Positions 16,659-29,700 of a DNA stretch of 64,000 bases are shown here, one piece after another. How positions within the stretch are numbered: the stretch's first letter is position 1; each line of letters begins with the position of its first letter. The notes beneath the pieces are model-generated. The model was not told the DNA's origin, made no database searches, and worked only from the letters and a program-made list of their open reading frames with translations. A program made the translations under genes and the position numbers. Origin of the DNA: Tubiluchus corallicola (lineage: Eukaryota > Animalia > Priapulida); NCBI GenBank assembly GCA_030141605.1, contig JAQGDQ010000095.1, positions 558,001 through 622,000 on the forward strand, written 5' to 3'.

Positions 16659-17156
16659 TACGGTGTTTCAAATGTCAACTTACACTTTGATTTCTAACTA
16701 CCCAACAAATCTCGTTTGATTTTTAAATTTTGGTATATAATTTCTTTTTAGATTTTACTTCAATCAGAATACACTTTTACATGAATGAAGAAGGGCCTTT
16801 GGCATTCGATTATATGAATTAATTTTTTGACTAGTACCCCGTTGCTATAATGACGACAGTAACGTTAGAAATGAGGTGCAAAAACAGCGGGGTAAAATGT
16901 CCTTTGATTACTAATTGAAGTTTAGCAGAAATTCAGAATACTTTATGAACCATAACATTTTCTCACTATTACAATTTAGTTTTTCAATAAGGTGCAGTCC
17001 TTCCTCGCTACTCATGGGCTGTTAGCAGCTTTGTTAATGTAAGACACCCCATTTCTGCCAAAGGTTTTAGTTCATTTGCACGTATTTTCAAACACTTTCC
17101 TTTGCTTGTTAATATATCGGAAATGTAAAGCTCGTTTTGACTTCTGAGACACCCTG
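16659..17156. mobile_element. Non-autonomous Tc1/mariner-type MITE
   Basis: Terminal inverted repeats TA|TACGGTGTTTCAAATGTCAA ... TTGACTTCTGAGACACCCTG|TA (17/22 match including TA), resembling CAGGGTGT mariner ends; flanked by TA. Confidence 0.65.
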
Positions 17157-19249
17157 TATATATGCATGAAAATATGCACCCTGGTTATGGTAGATTCACA
17201 ATCCACTTACAGACAGAAATCAGCGTGATCGTAATTGGCGTTGAATGAGAGTTATGATTTCATTGTGTTCGTGTCTGGTGTGTTTGCTCAGAGCCTGTGA
17301 CAGATTCTTTGTAAGATCATTGTGACCCGAAGCTCTTGCAGCTGCAGCTTTTTTAAACTGGCTTCGTCCCTGGAGTGTTTATTGATTCGCTAGGATTTTC
17401 TTTACGGACGCCGCGTTTTTCTCGTGAACATTCGTACTAGGAACGAGGCGGTGCTACAAACAAGAGTGATGGGGTGTTAATGCATAATGAACGCATTCAT
17501 GTTCAGCAGCCGCTGGGCACTTTAGCCTCGTGGACGTGGTGAAATACGCACAGCTGGTCCAACTTACACACTAGGTTAGTTGTAAGTTAGGCAGTAATAT
17601 CGGATTCTTTATGCTGAAAAGCCCGTATTGTGTGTCCCGTTAAAGTTAATGCCGACAGTCAGAGGAAAGCCAGCCAAGCGGCTTGAAACCAGATCGTGGT
17701 TAAAAGATATGTTGACCCTTACGTCTTTAGCTAAGAAGCCCAGTCAAGTTTAGGTTGCCGTTCATTAACAGATTCTGCAAACCATTAACTTTATATAAAA
17801 TCGAGTGGTTCTTGATTTGACTTGTAATACACGACGATCAGCAAAAATTTAAACAACACTCATTATTTAGCAAACTTGGGACTTCTTTCCTTATTTCAAA
17901 AACTTTTTGAAAGAGTTGTAAAGCTGTGTATGGCACAACCCACAATCGCCCGCATGTGAGTTTTCATGGACATCGTTTACTGTGATTAGGCGGCGATTGC
18001 GTGCTACTTACCCAGAACAGCCAAATAAACTGTTGATCTATGCCAGGCCCTGTGGGCATCCGAAGAGCAAAATCGATGCCTCTTATTTTGAAACCCGCCT
18101 CCCGGCTCCTATCCCGGGCTAGGTCATTGAACTCGAAGCAGTAATTATCACAAAAAACATCAATACACGCTGATAGCGCTTGATCAGGCCTGCGTATTAG
18201 CCTCAAGTTCCTTTATCTGGGACAGCTTGAGAATTGAGCATTTTGCAGAGAAAATAAGGCTCTCTGTATGATGAAGCCTGTCACAGATTATTAGCCAACT
18301 AAAACGCTGAAGTTAATTAGAGTTGACTCATAGATTTACTCAGTCTAGAGTCTACGCATTTCAGCTTAAGGTAAAAATTGGTGATCAGCAAGGCAAGAGG
18401 AATGGCTGGAATTAGTTTACTTTTGCAGTTACTGGCAATAAAAGACTAGCATTTTCGAATGCATATTTCTACGGAAAATTGCTGTGAATATTTAATTTGA
18501 TTAGGATTCTTAGTCTGTATGCGTGATATGCAAGCGCTTTGCGTACTATCTGTGGTATTGCATTTACAATAACACAATGTGCTAGAATTTCAATTATAAG
18601 CAATCTATTTTTATGTTACGTAAAACTTCAATGATCTGCGATATTTTACCTTATTAAGTTTTTCGGTTGACATGATCACAATATACCTGAATATAATAAA
18701 CAATACATTACACGCATCATAAACGCAACCAATATTTATCCATTGAATGAAGTTGGCCAGGTTTAGGAGCTGCCATATATCATTAACGAACTTGCATTTG
18801 TATTCTCACTGCTCATGTAGTTAAAGTGGTGAATGAGATATCATTGGCACTGCTTATGATGCCTGGGAAGTGAGGGAAACGCCTCGTCAGAAGCCAGCCC
18901 TAATACAATTCTAAATTTCCGCTGTGAGACCATCATCTGAGACACTTTAGCGCAGCATCTTGATTTTGCAGAGTCCAGCATACAGTGAACACAAGGTTTA
19001 TTTCATATGAAAAAACGTTCACTGTGCGGTAATTATGAGTCATTTTTGGTGTCTAATGTATACTTCTCAAAATGTGTTTTAAGTCGTTAGTTTTTTGCAA
19101 TGTTGCAACCAAAGTTATAATAGCTTGTAAATCTTGTTTTCACATTACAAAATTGTGCTATGGTTTTTGATGCTAAACCGGTTACCAGCTAACATCGAAA
19201 AATTTCACTCAAGCATGTGGTCAACTTATTTGAAGAAACTACTGATATA

Positions 19250-19422
19250 CAGTTAAGCCTCTTTATATGGCCTATTTTGGGACACGATAGCTGCCGTTAT
19301 GGCAAGGTTGGCATTATAACGAGGTACATTAATACATAGACATTTTGTTTTGCTAAAAATGTGGGCGTTAAGGTTGGTATCATAAGGGGGAGGGCAGGGG
19401 GCGTTATAACGAGGTTTCGCAG
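19250..19422. mobile_element. Short Tigger/pogo-like MITE
   Basis: Imperfect TIRs TA|CAGTTAAGCCTCTTTATA ... CGTTATAACGAGGTTTCGCAG|TA; internal second copy of TTATAACGAGGT. Confidence 0.6.
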
Positions 19423-22400
19423 TATTTCGAATATTATTGCATTTGCAAAGGATTTGGCTCATATGAGTCACCTGATATTTTCTTTAAATTGCCAAAAATT
19501 GCTCAAGTTAGAAGAGCCTTGCAAATGGCGCTACCGTTTAACTATTTTCCAGCCACAAATGAGTTTAGCGGGCGATAAAATCGAGCATTTAACTGCAACA
19601 CGCTCATCATGCTGGAAATTATTTGCTATAAGCTGACAGGTTTTTTTACCAGAAGCCCTCGCGTGAATTCAGTTTATTTCAAATGCTAATGAGGCTTTCG
19701 AGAATTTCATTTGAACAATGATGCAAGCTAACTTGGTACTGCCTTGTACTGCTTATTAATATTACGAATTTATTCGCCCATCGGTTCAGCTTAGGAGTAA
19801 TTACGACAACGCGTAACAGCCAATTAAATTTCAGCGTTAATGAGCGAGTTTACAAAGGTTAATAGCCTTAGAGAAAACTACTGGAGCTTCAGATGCCGTA
19901 AATACACACTTCGTGTCAGTTGCAACAACCGGTTGCTGCCTCCAAGATGTTTTCTAATTAGGCAATTAGCAATGACCAGTTTTACACTAGTCTGTAAGAT
20001 CATCCTGCGGCTTTGCGTTTGACAGTTATCGCGAAAATAAATTGCAAGTGCTCATAGCAGCATATATAACACATCGTGTGATTCTTCCTTAAGACTTCAA
20101 TTTTTTGTGCATTTCTGACTTAGTGAATAAATTAAGTAAAGAAGAAGACAATGAAAAAAATGACGGAGATAATTAAAGTATCTGTAGTTCATATTATTAC
20201 AATATTTTACAGTTTACAGGGACTGTTATCTTTTGTAAGCATTTTGTTTGCGTGTCAAATCAAAACAATTTAAGCCGCACAATTCCGTTCCAAGAATACT
20301 ACCAAGCAACGGAAAGTTGAACCAGGGACTAAAATGTTGAGTCTTTTTATGCGAAGTCGTTAAGAAAGATTTCATAGCTTTTGTTTACTGCTTCAGGTCT
20401 CACTTCAACTTACTGCTTCATTCAATGTTCATAACATTTAAGAACTAAGCCTATTCACACAAATGTCTCCAATTACCGTTAGCTGAGAGCACATGTATGG
20501 CTTTTGTTCAGTAAGCACATGTTTGGCTTTTGTTTTTCAGACAGGTGCATGATCACAACGACAGAGATTTATATTTTTGCGTTTAGAGCTGTTTATCAGC
20601 AGTGGATTATTTTGTGATTCTCAGCAATTCTAGACCATTACTAATACGCCATGAATGGCAGACGCAGACAGATTCCACGAATCAGTGCGTCAGCCGTACG
20701 CAACATCCACCCACCCATTCCTGGGTCATTGACATCAGCAAGTGTCTAATGCCATCACCTAGTGGAGATGAAGCCATTTTCTGCGTTAATAATCCTCTCG
20801 ACGGCTTCACGTGCATTGTGTAAGAAAGAAGCAGGTGTAAGACACTGCACTGACGCGCACAGAAAAGAAGCCAGTTAGAATTCTTAGAGGAATAGTGCTG
20901 GCAGGTAAATGACCGACGCATTTCTGGGAAGAATCCTGTAGAGAAGCACATTACTTCTTTTTATGTTATTAAATAGTCATTGTTTGGTTTCTTTTTTAAT
21001 AAAAAGTAGTCTGTATTTATATAAAGAATGCTAATGATGAATGCAAGCCACGATGGCAGCAACTGAAAATTCTGCTCAAATTTTAAGTAGAACTTCTGTA
21101 GCACAGACAGCTCACTTCCTACTTCCTAGTGCTACAGCACGTAATTATAGTGAACTTCGCATTATCTAAATTCACCATGCTGAGAAAACAGCAGTGTGAG
21201 CACCTGTCAAGATACAGTAAAGTAACATTTAAAGGAACAAATCTTTTTGCCGCTTAAGACCACAGAAATCGCCGTATTTGCTAGTCCATTGCTTCGACAG
21301 ATTCCACTTTTCAAAACAGATGCTAATGATGACGGTGTAGCAATTTTTTTTTGGTAGTTTGGAAGCCACAGGACCCCGCTACTGGAATGCACATCTTTTT
21401 CCTTTGAACTTTTGTGGGTTTATGAGTACATGTCCAGAAAATAGATTACCTTATAATTAAGTTTCCATGATAGAAAGTTTATATTAAAGTTCTTCTTGAA
21501 GAAAGCGAGGTTGTAGTTTTCTGGTAAAGAGGTGCACATGTAAGACGCCCGAGAGAAAACAAATGTGTATATCTGCATCTCCTAATGTCCAAGATAAAAG
21601 TGTGAGAAGCAGCAAACATTCGCAGTAAATTGTCATCATTTGGAGCCAGTAAGAAGACTCCCTGAGTCCTGGCCACGCCCGTCTTCTACAAAAGTACTGC
21701 AGCGGCAGATTTCGATGAACAAACGAATACAGAGTGGACACACGAATACAGAGTGGACCAAATAATCAATGTGATTTTGCAATATGTCAAGAGGCACCAG
21801 CCTAGATGTGGGTGTAGTACTCCATCCAAGGTCCGATAGTCCATTTGTAAAGAGATATATTGAGTCAGGAATTCTAACATGTTTCTAAATATTGCTGGCA
21901 TTGATTGGTAAAAAAATGTAGATAGCCTTATTAGGCGCTTATTAAAACAGGAGAGAATAACGTTTGTTTAAAGAGAAATTATATTTTTAGACATCCTTTA
22001 AAAATTGTTGCGTAAGTATTTTTGCTACGTATAAGAAATGCTTTTCAGTTAGCGTCACCTAAAATTATCCCACGCAAATGTCCAATTAGTTTCAAGCAAA
22101 CTCACAAACAAACAGGTGAGCTTTTAATTAGTCCCTACGTGAGCGCAAACTGCCTCCTGCAGGTGAATGACTTATTTACCTGCAGTTATACACCGGTAGT
22201 GGTTCAGGTTGATCAATATGTATTCACTACTATGAGTGATTTGAATCAGTAACAAGGGCAAAGGTGATATTAAAAGAAAATTTATTACGTCATTACATCA
22301 TAGTTGATAAATTGCCCAAAGGGCAACACCTAATTAACTCTGCATCACTTTAGCTGTCAATTAATTCCATTATTATTGCCTTATTAATCGTTGTTTTCGA

Positions 22401-25400
22401 TTACTTCAGTACTGTGTTATCAATTTACTACCAGATTCTGTGCTTCGCACTACTGAAAGACTAACAGCTCATCAACTTCTGTCGAGAGAAACAGTAAAGT
22501 CGGCTCAGTCGTGCTTATTCACAAAACTGTTGTGCAAAGGCACAGCGCAAAAATGGAATAGGTTCATTGTTCACTGCCGCAGCTGCAAAACTGAGCCGAC
22601 TGATATTTATCAGCTGTTGTTTGTTAATTGCGTTGTCTATTAATAGCTAGAAAAGGTAAAAAAGCTGCTGGCTTATTGGCTAGAAGGGTACATTGTTCAC
22701 GCCTAGTACAAGGGTTAGTCCTGCTAATCTAGTGCAGACTAACAAGGTTGAATTTGGGTTTTATGCTTTTCATTTGCTGCATTGAGATTGGTTCATTAGG
22801 CACACTAGCTAATGCCGCTAATAGGACCAAAACCAAACTGCGGTAAACAATGAACGAGGATTGGTTTTGGATTTTTTTTCAAAACAGTGTCACGTTTACT
22901 TAAGGATCTATAACTTGTTCTTGTATAATTTGTTTGTTCCTAACCGGCTTAGGATAAAATTTATGTAACGATGTGCATTGTGACTGGTCTAGTCTGAGAA
23001 AAATAGCAGTTTGGTAGATCGGTTTTTCAAATTGGTTGGCGCTTTATTATTTAAGCAAATCATTAACACAGATACCTTTAGCCCACTAGCCACACCTGGC
23101 AGCTAATTTCCCGCGCGACTCTGACAATGCAGTAATTAATTATGGAGTGTACTACGATTTGTTTTCAATTCCAAGTGTATTGTCTGATAAATCATGCAAT
23201 GCAGGTCATGGGGTTATCACTCACTGGGATATGACTCACCTGGCTGTCATTAACCTGTCTGCTCTCGGCTCGCCCTACAGGAGGCCTAAGCTATCATCGC
23301 ATTATCAGCGCAAAGTTTCTTTTTTTACAAAATGGTAGAAAACAATTGACACGAGTGATAACCATTATATTCGCGTATTAATTATATTGTAACGTTGAGC
23401 GGATGGTGCTGATATGCATGTAATGAAGAAAACGTAAAAAAACAGTAGTAAAAGTGAAATTCAAGAATTAAGTAACTCGCCAGATATCTAATCCAATGTG
23501 CCCCATGCCGGCTGTCATTACGGAGCAGGTGCTGAGGTGGAAAACACACTTGCCCGTCAGCCCACTGTGCCGACGAGGCCATTCTATACCAGCTACTTAC
23601 AGCTGCTATGCAATGGATCGAACCATCACAATGTAGAGGGGTGGGGCGAAAATAAATGGCATTTCGCCTCCATAATAACATTAATCGGATAAACGAATCA
23701 ATGTGCCAAGTCTGTTTGCTTAAATAAAGTATTTCTAAATGTCATAAAGTTTCGAGATGACATATCTCAGGTTGGTATCTTTTTTTTTCTCAAACGGTAA
23801 GCAGCAATAACTGCAACAACTTAATTATGCCTTATCTGTTTCTCAAAGTCTAGGCATCAGTGATCAGTCCTCAGTTCTTGCTCACTTAAGTTTGTTTACT
23901 GTTGCATTTCCTATAGATCTATTTACAGAAATAATTTATTTAAAGGGAACATTTTAGTAACAACCATTTAGAAACATTTAGTTGTTCTACCAATAGTTAT
24001 AACGCAATTCGTGGTTGCGAAACACTGGCTTGCAGTGTTGCAAACATTTTACAAGTGCATTTTCTCCTTTGCAGCTTCCTGCCTAATTACATTATGGAGT
24101 TACATAGTAGGGATGGTCCAATTACAATTTCCGTAATCGAGGGAAGAACGTTCCCTCTGAACAATAAGTTACTCAAGTCTGGCCGCCCAACTAAGTAAAG
24201 TGCTTGAGTTGTAAGCCTCTTTCAAATTTGCAAATTTGTCTTTCTCTTCTATCAGGTAAAGGAGACGTGCAGTTTTGTTTACGATTTTTCGACGGTTTTG
24301 AAACAATCTTGCAGTTATGCGTTCATATGCCATTCACATTACTCCTGAGAAATTCAACTGATATTTGAAGGCGCCACCTATTTGACTCTGTGAAATGGCT
24401 TCTTATTAATTTTGGAGGCACCGATCGGCTCTTGCATTTTCATTAACTTCTATAAAAACAGACAAATGACCAGTAGGTTTGACTTTTCAATCCAAGGTTT
24501 CTTCTCACAATATCACCCCAAACTATTTACTTTATAAAAAAAACTGTGGTTTGCTTGGTTTGAAATTACAAAAATATCACCAAAACGATAGCTATAACTA
24601 TATGTTTGTTGGCAATTGAGGTTTTGTCACTTTATATTTTCTCCACATAACTATTGTGGGCAATGTCCTCCTCTAGTGATGGCTACAGAACAAAAACCTT
24701 CAACATCTTTGAAAAAGTGTATCATCTCGAAACATCGTATGAGTAGGTAGCCTAATAAGGCTAAGCCTATGCACATTGACTTATTTTGCGAATATATGTA
24801 ATAGATTAGTGATAACTGTTGAATCAATTTCTGACCGTTGGATGCCTCTCTTTCTGTGCTAATGGTTAAACATGTAATTCATATCGTCTACTCGTCTAGA
24901 CTTTATGCTGATACATTATAACAGAAAGGTAATAGTGTTGTTAGAAAATTGCATTAATTAAATAACATATAATGCCATTTTCTCTGACCTCGTAGCTACA
25001 CTGGCTATTGACGAGCATTAATATGCCGATTTCCCATAGCAACTAACTGACCTTTATAAGCTCGTGAACAACACCTTCGTGAAGCTTATTTGTGTGGCGT
25101 TAACCCCACGTGTAGCTGTCGTGTTTCGCCCAGTGAACATAGGTTACTTTAACTGAAATAGCAAACAACAAAATTAGCTTTTAATTAAAAACAGATTTTG
25201 TTGCTCATATAACGTAATTAAATAATGTTGAAGATAAAGCTTTGCCACGGTGGTTTTCCTTCAGCAGTTTCAGGTAATAACTCGTATTATCTTAAATGCT
25301 GTAAAGGCACATGCGGCTAATGGTGATTTAGTTCAAATCATGTTACGATGAAACATAATACGACTGTAAGTGATTGCGGCGAATCGCTGCACGGGCGACA

Positions 25401-25563
25401 GTACTTACATTTTACCCTTGTAATTTTGTAAACGTGCAATTCGGGACATAACGTGAAAGCTGAAATCCAGGATTTGATGACAGGGCCTTACTACTGATGT
25501 TCATAAATATGGTAAGGCCGGAATTTTGCTCATCATAAGGATAATCTCCTGAGATGAAGTACC

Positions 25564-25994
25564 GGGTGCATAGCACAATGGTGGCGTGCTCGCTTACCAC
25601 ACGGGAGGTCGTGAGTTCTACTCTCGACCAAGTCATACCACAAGTTAATCTACCGTGCATTATCCCACTCTTGTATTTTAAAGCAAATTATTAGCAGTAA
25701 TAACAGACTTGATATCTGCACCAAAATCAGTTAGTACCTCCGAAGATCAGAGCTTGAGGAACTACTTGTCGCTAGTTCGCTTTCCTCATTTCTCACCTGG
25801 GAGGTAGCGGGTTCAACTCTTGGCCGAGTCATACCAAAGGCTTGAAAAATGGTACCGCTGCTTCTTCGACCAAGCACGTGGGTTTATCGAAGTAACATGC
25901 GGGTAATAATAATCGAGACCACCTTGGAAATAAGTATTGAGTTATTTAAGGAGTTATCCTTGGACTATGTCCTAAACGAAATTATTATTATTAT
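25564..25994 (+). mobile_element. Composite tRNA(Gly)-derived SINE with duplicated head, central core, LINE-like tail and (ATT)n end
   Basis: A-box TAGCACAATGG; CTCGCTTACCACACGGGAGG (cf. tRNA-Gly CTCGCCTGCCACGCGGGAGG); B-box GAGTTCTACTC. Second partial head GGGAGGTAGCGGGTTCAACTC at ~25799-25819. Core GTCATACCAAAGGCTTGAAAAATGGTACC (resembles the MetaSINE domain, from memory). Tail CCTTGGAAATAAG...(ATT)4. Confidence 0.8.
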
Positions 25995-26084
25995 GAGACA
26001 CTGAACCGGCAGACGTGTTTTAGTCATGTTTGCAGAGTCGGTGCAAAATGGCAATGAAACTGCTAAGAGTCGGGTTTCACTTGG

Positions 26085-26137
26085 CCCAACAATTTAATAA
26101 CCAAGCTCGGCGCTGCTTAACTTTCGAGACTAAACTG
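26085..26137 (-). pseudogene. Degenerate 5S rRNA-derived fragment (internal control region)
   Basis: Minus strand TCTCGAAAGTTAAGCAGCGCCGAGCTTGGTTA vs recalled 5S TCTCGGAAGCTAAGCAGGGTCGGGCCTGGTTA (26/32); flanks diverge. Confidence 0.45.
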
Positions 26138-26379
26138 TTCAGCCATTCTCAATCGCCTCATAGGCTGGATTTTTTCATTCCGTTATCGTGATGCCCAGCT
26201 CGGTTCGGGTTTCATGAACGATTTCTCAGAAAATAAAATAAAACAAACATTGAGACCAAGAACAAGTCGCTCATTATATGCACATTTACCATGCTTCTAA
26301 ACGCAAGTAGATTTTGCTTATGTTTATGCTAGTTCTTTGACCATCAAATGAACTACGGTGCTGTTGTTTATTGTTGACT

Positions 26380-26560
26380 CTACAGTCTACACACGTTTAT
26401 GCTTACTCGGCGTTTTTTTTTTGACGTGCACAATTTACTGTAAACAAAATTGCTGTTAGCACTTTGAACTTAGCCAGCAGATCGACGTAGTAACTGTTGT
26501 GTGAATCTGTTATCACGTTATTTATAAGGGTCCTCCTAGTAGTTTGTTTGTGAGTTTACA
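26380..26560 (+). promoter_or_regulatory. Probable promoter / non-coding first exon of the ankyrin-SOCS gene
   Basis: CpG-retaining patch with TGACGTG and TGTAAACA motifs; candidate donor TT|GTGAGT near 26550; acceptor ctctcag near 26675 upstream of the ATG at 26774. Confidence 0.4.
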
Positions 26561-26773
26561 TTAGTTACCAATTGTGTATAATTCACATATATTCATAAGT
26601 ATTTTTGACCGTTTTTATAAATTGTGTTGTTTGAGGTTTTTATCTTTGAGAAACTCAGAATTTTGTTCCTCTCAGTTGTCCCGGATAAGGGATGGATTGT
26701 AAATAGCATTTGTTTGATCTAATTCCAGATATCTGTTCTAAGTTATGTACAGTTGTCAGAAAAAACCATTGGG

Positions 26774-29700
26774 ATGCCTGAGTCAGAAGAAAGTTTCTTG
26801 GATGACATCATGTCACTTTCACTTGATAATGTAAGTTGTTACACTTACTTTTGTCATTCATACTCATCACGAAAAAAGAGGCCAGTTGGTCTGCACAAAG
26901 TTGGATAGTAAAATGGCTACTGGATAGTAAATATAAGTCTTTTACTTTTATAACTTACTTTTTATAACTTGTTTTATAACCAGACTGCGAGAAATTGTCA
27001 TTGTATAATAACCCACATGCTTACTGACGTTTAGTTTTTAGATTTTTATTTATGCGCTTAATAAAATTAATGTCTGGAGTTTATGGAACATGACCCTCAC
27101 TCCTGTTAGTTTATAGTAAACTTCCCTCCAATGCTTGAATCAACATTTTTATGTTCGAGTCTCATAATTAACATTAATAAATATTTTGCCGTTACCTAAT
27201 GCTATATCAGCCAAGGAGTCACAATCAACAGTCTTAGTCAATGCCAAGGGTACTGTGCGCATTTATGGAAATAGACAATAAAAAGTTACAGCATGACATT
27301 ACTATTACACCAGGCTAAATAATGATACCAACAAGCCACAATTGCTAAAACAATGTACTGAAATCGCTGCTCAGTCAGTAAAGTGAGCAGACGAACTTTC
27401 AAGCGCTTGCGCAAATGCTTTAACGCTCATCTCACCATCTATTGGTGACAAAAGTACGTAACCGGTGTTTTGCTACTGACTACGAAGGTAGTAAGGACGA
27501 GTACCGTTTGAGCCTACCAGCTAAGGAGATAATAGTCTAGATGCGCAGCATCTGATATACGTTTTGCTAAAATTTACAGAAACACTAAGTAGTTCGGAAT
27601 GAAGAAATTATATTTGATTATGTACAAATAAGTGTTCTGTTTCAGTGATTGCAGGAAACATATAGTACGCACACACTAATTAATGCAATAATAATATGTA
27701 ATACGCCGGCATTGTGCATGGCTAGATTTACTGAATATAAGAGAAACTACAGAACGCACACTTTTATTGAACAGATGTGTGTACTGATAGGAAAAGCAAC
27801 AACATCAACGAAACAACAACAACGTACAACAACAACAACGACACCAACAACAACAATGACTATGACAGCAATAGTTAAATTAGTATTTTCATAATAGCTC
27901 CCCAAGCTATAGCTCCAAGTACATGACACTGTGATGTATCCCTAAGCTTACAGAAAATAATCATTTTTCTATGTTGCAGTTACTTGGTATGGATGGACGG
28001 CAAAGTTCTCCAAAAACTCCCACAGATGAGTGGATGGAAGCAGGATCACCAACATCAGTGGCACTTCTAGATGAATCCTTCTTGGGATTTTTCAGTTTGT
28101 AGGTTTCTTTTTGCAAAATGCAGTCGTGATGTAGTTAATTAATTACAGGCAATATTCATTCAATTCTTGAATATGAGAAGAAACATAGATGATAAAATGA
28201 AGAACTATTACAAAGGTTACTAGATGATTTCAACCAATTTAGAAAATTTGTATTCAACTTTATTTTCAGTGGATTAAATGCAAGTTCATTTGCATTTATA
28301 GAGAAGTTCTTATTTAGATGACAGTATATGATTCAATGTGTTGCAATCAGATTATGCTAGCATAAGTGCCACATGCAAATTCTCTTAAATAGGCCTGAGG
28401 GCATTAATCACTTTATGTTTGGAAACTGTTGCATTGGTATGCAACTGACTGCCATTGGTACTCACATTTTGAGATCAATTTCCCTTTCAGATATCAGAAG
28501 ATTAGTATACTATTAAGTGACTGCTATTGCTATAGATGATTATACAAATATAAAATGGTCTTGCCACATTTTGACAGCGATTTTCTTGTATTTAGAACTG
28601 TCCCCTCTGTTTAGCACTTGGTGCATGTAATTATAATATTTGGAAACAAACCAATTTTTTGAACACATGAATTTTTTCACTACCAATGAAAATCTTTTCA
28701 GGTCTGCTGATGGAGCAAAAATTCCAGTTAGCCTTGCTGGTCTTCAGGATGCTTTGGACCAAAGTACTATGGACATTGATGGTGACCGGTTGACCGAGGA
28801 GCAGCTACAGTTAGCCATCAGTCACTCTTTACTGCTTGTGGTGCAGGATGAGATGTTACTACCGTATGGTGAACTTTTACTGCAGTATTCCAATGGTATT
28901 AGCTGCAATTACATAGGTAAAGAGTTGCTTAAAGTAGCCTCATAGCACATGCAGTACATAAAATTGTTATTTGGGTATTATAATAATGAAAAAAGTATAG
29001 TTCTCTTTTATAGTGTTTTAGCTACTGCGCGAAAAAATATTAAAATTTATGCATATACTTTGCAGCAAGCTTTAGCCTTTGGGTTTTTCACAGACATTTT
29101 GCATAAATAATAATGATTTTGTTACAGTACACTGGAATCATTATCATCCACTTTTTAATGTTTTATGTAAGTAAAGAATTTACATTACAGATCCAATGAG
29201 TGGGGATTCACTCTTGCAAAAATGCATCAAATATCAAAATTTTCCACTGGCTCAATTACTCATCCAACATGGTGCTGACGTGCACAAGTTTAATTCTGTA
29301 AGTAAAATGTTGATCAAATATTGCATAATCAAATTAAGTAATAAAGTACAGCCACGAGTCATGATTTCACTTGGAGATCAAGACTATTAAGCAGATATTA
29401 AACTGATAAATAATCAGTCAAGTCATGCTAGCAGTCTGTCTGTCAGCCAGCCAGTCAGTTAGCTATTTCCAATCAGCTAGGTCAATAACCACAAATTCAA
29501 TCAATCTGTCAGTCAGCCAGTCATCGTTCTGTCTCCCATCCAAACAGGTATATCAAATGATATATCAAACCCTTAAAAATTAGTTTATGGGTTTTGTTGC
29601 ATTTAATTCTATCGTATCATATTGAAAATCATGTCACTGTCATAACTTAGACAGATTTAAAGATTTCCCAGAAAGGACAACCCATTTAAACTCTTGCTGA

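Noticed and set aside
18011-18110. Minus-strand FQNKR resembling homeodomain helix 3
   Set aside because: Preceded by G rather than W, an in-frame stop lies six codons upstream, and no other homeodomain residues are present.
20489-21759. Two-copy direct repeats (26 bp at ~20489-20540; 19 bp at ~21723-21759)
   Set aside because: Ordinary local slippage duplications with no further structure.
25564-25636. tRNA-Gly gene
   Set aside because: Acceptor stem does not pair and the sequence runs into a SINE core; it is a SINE head.
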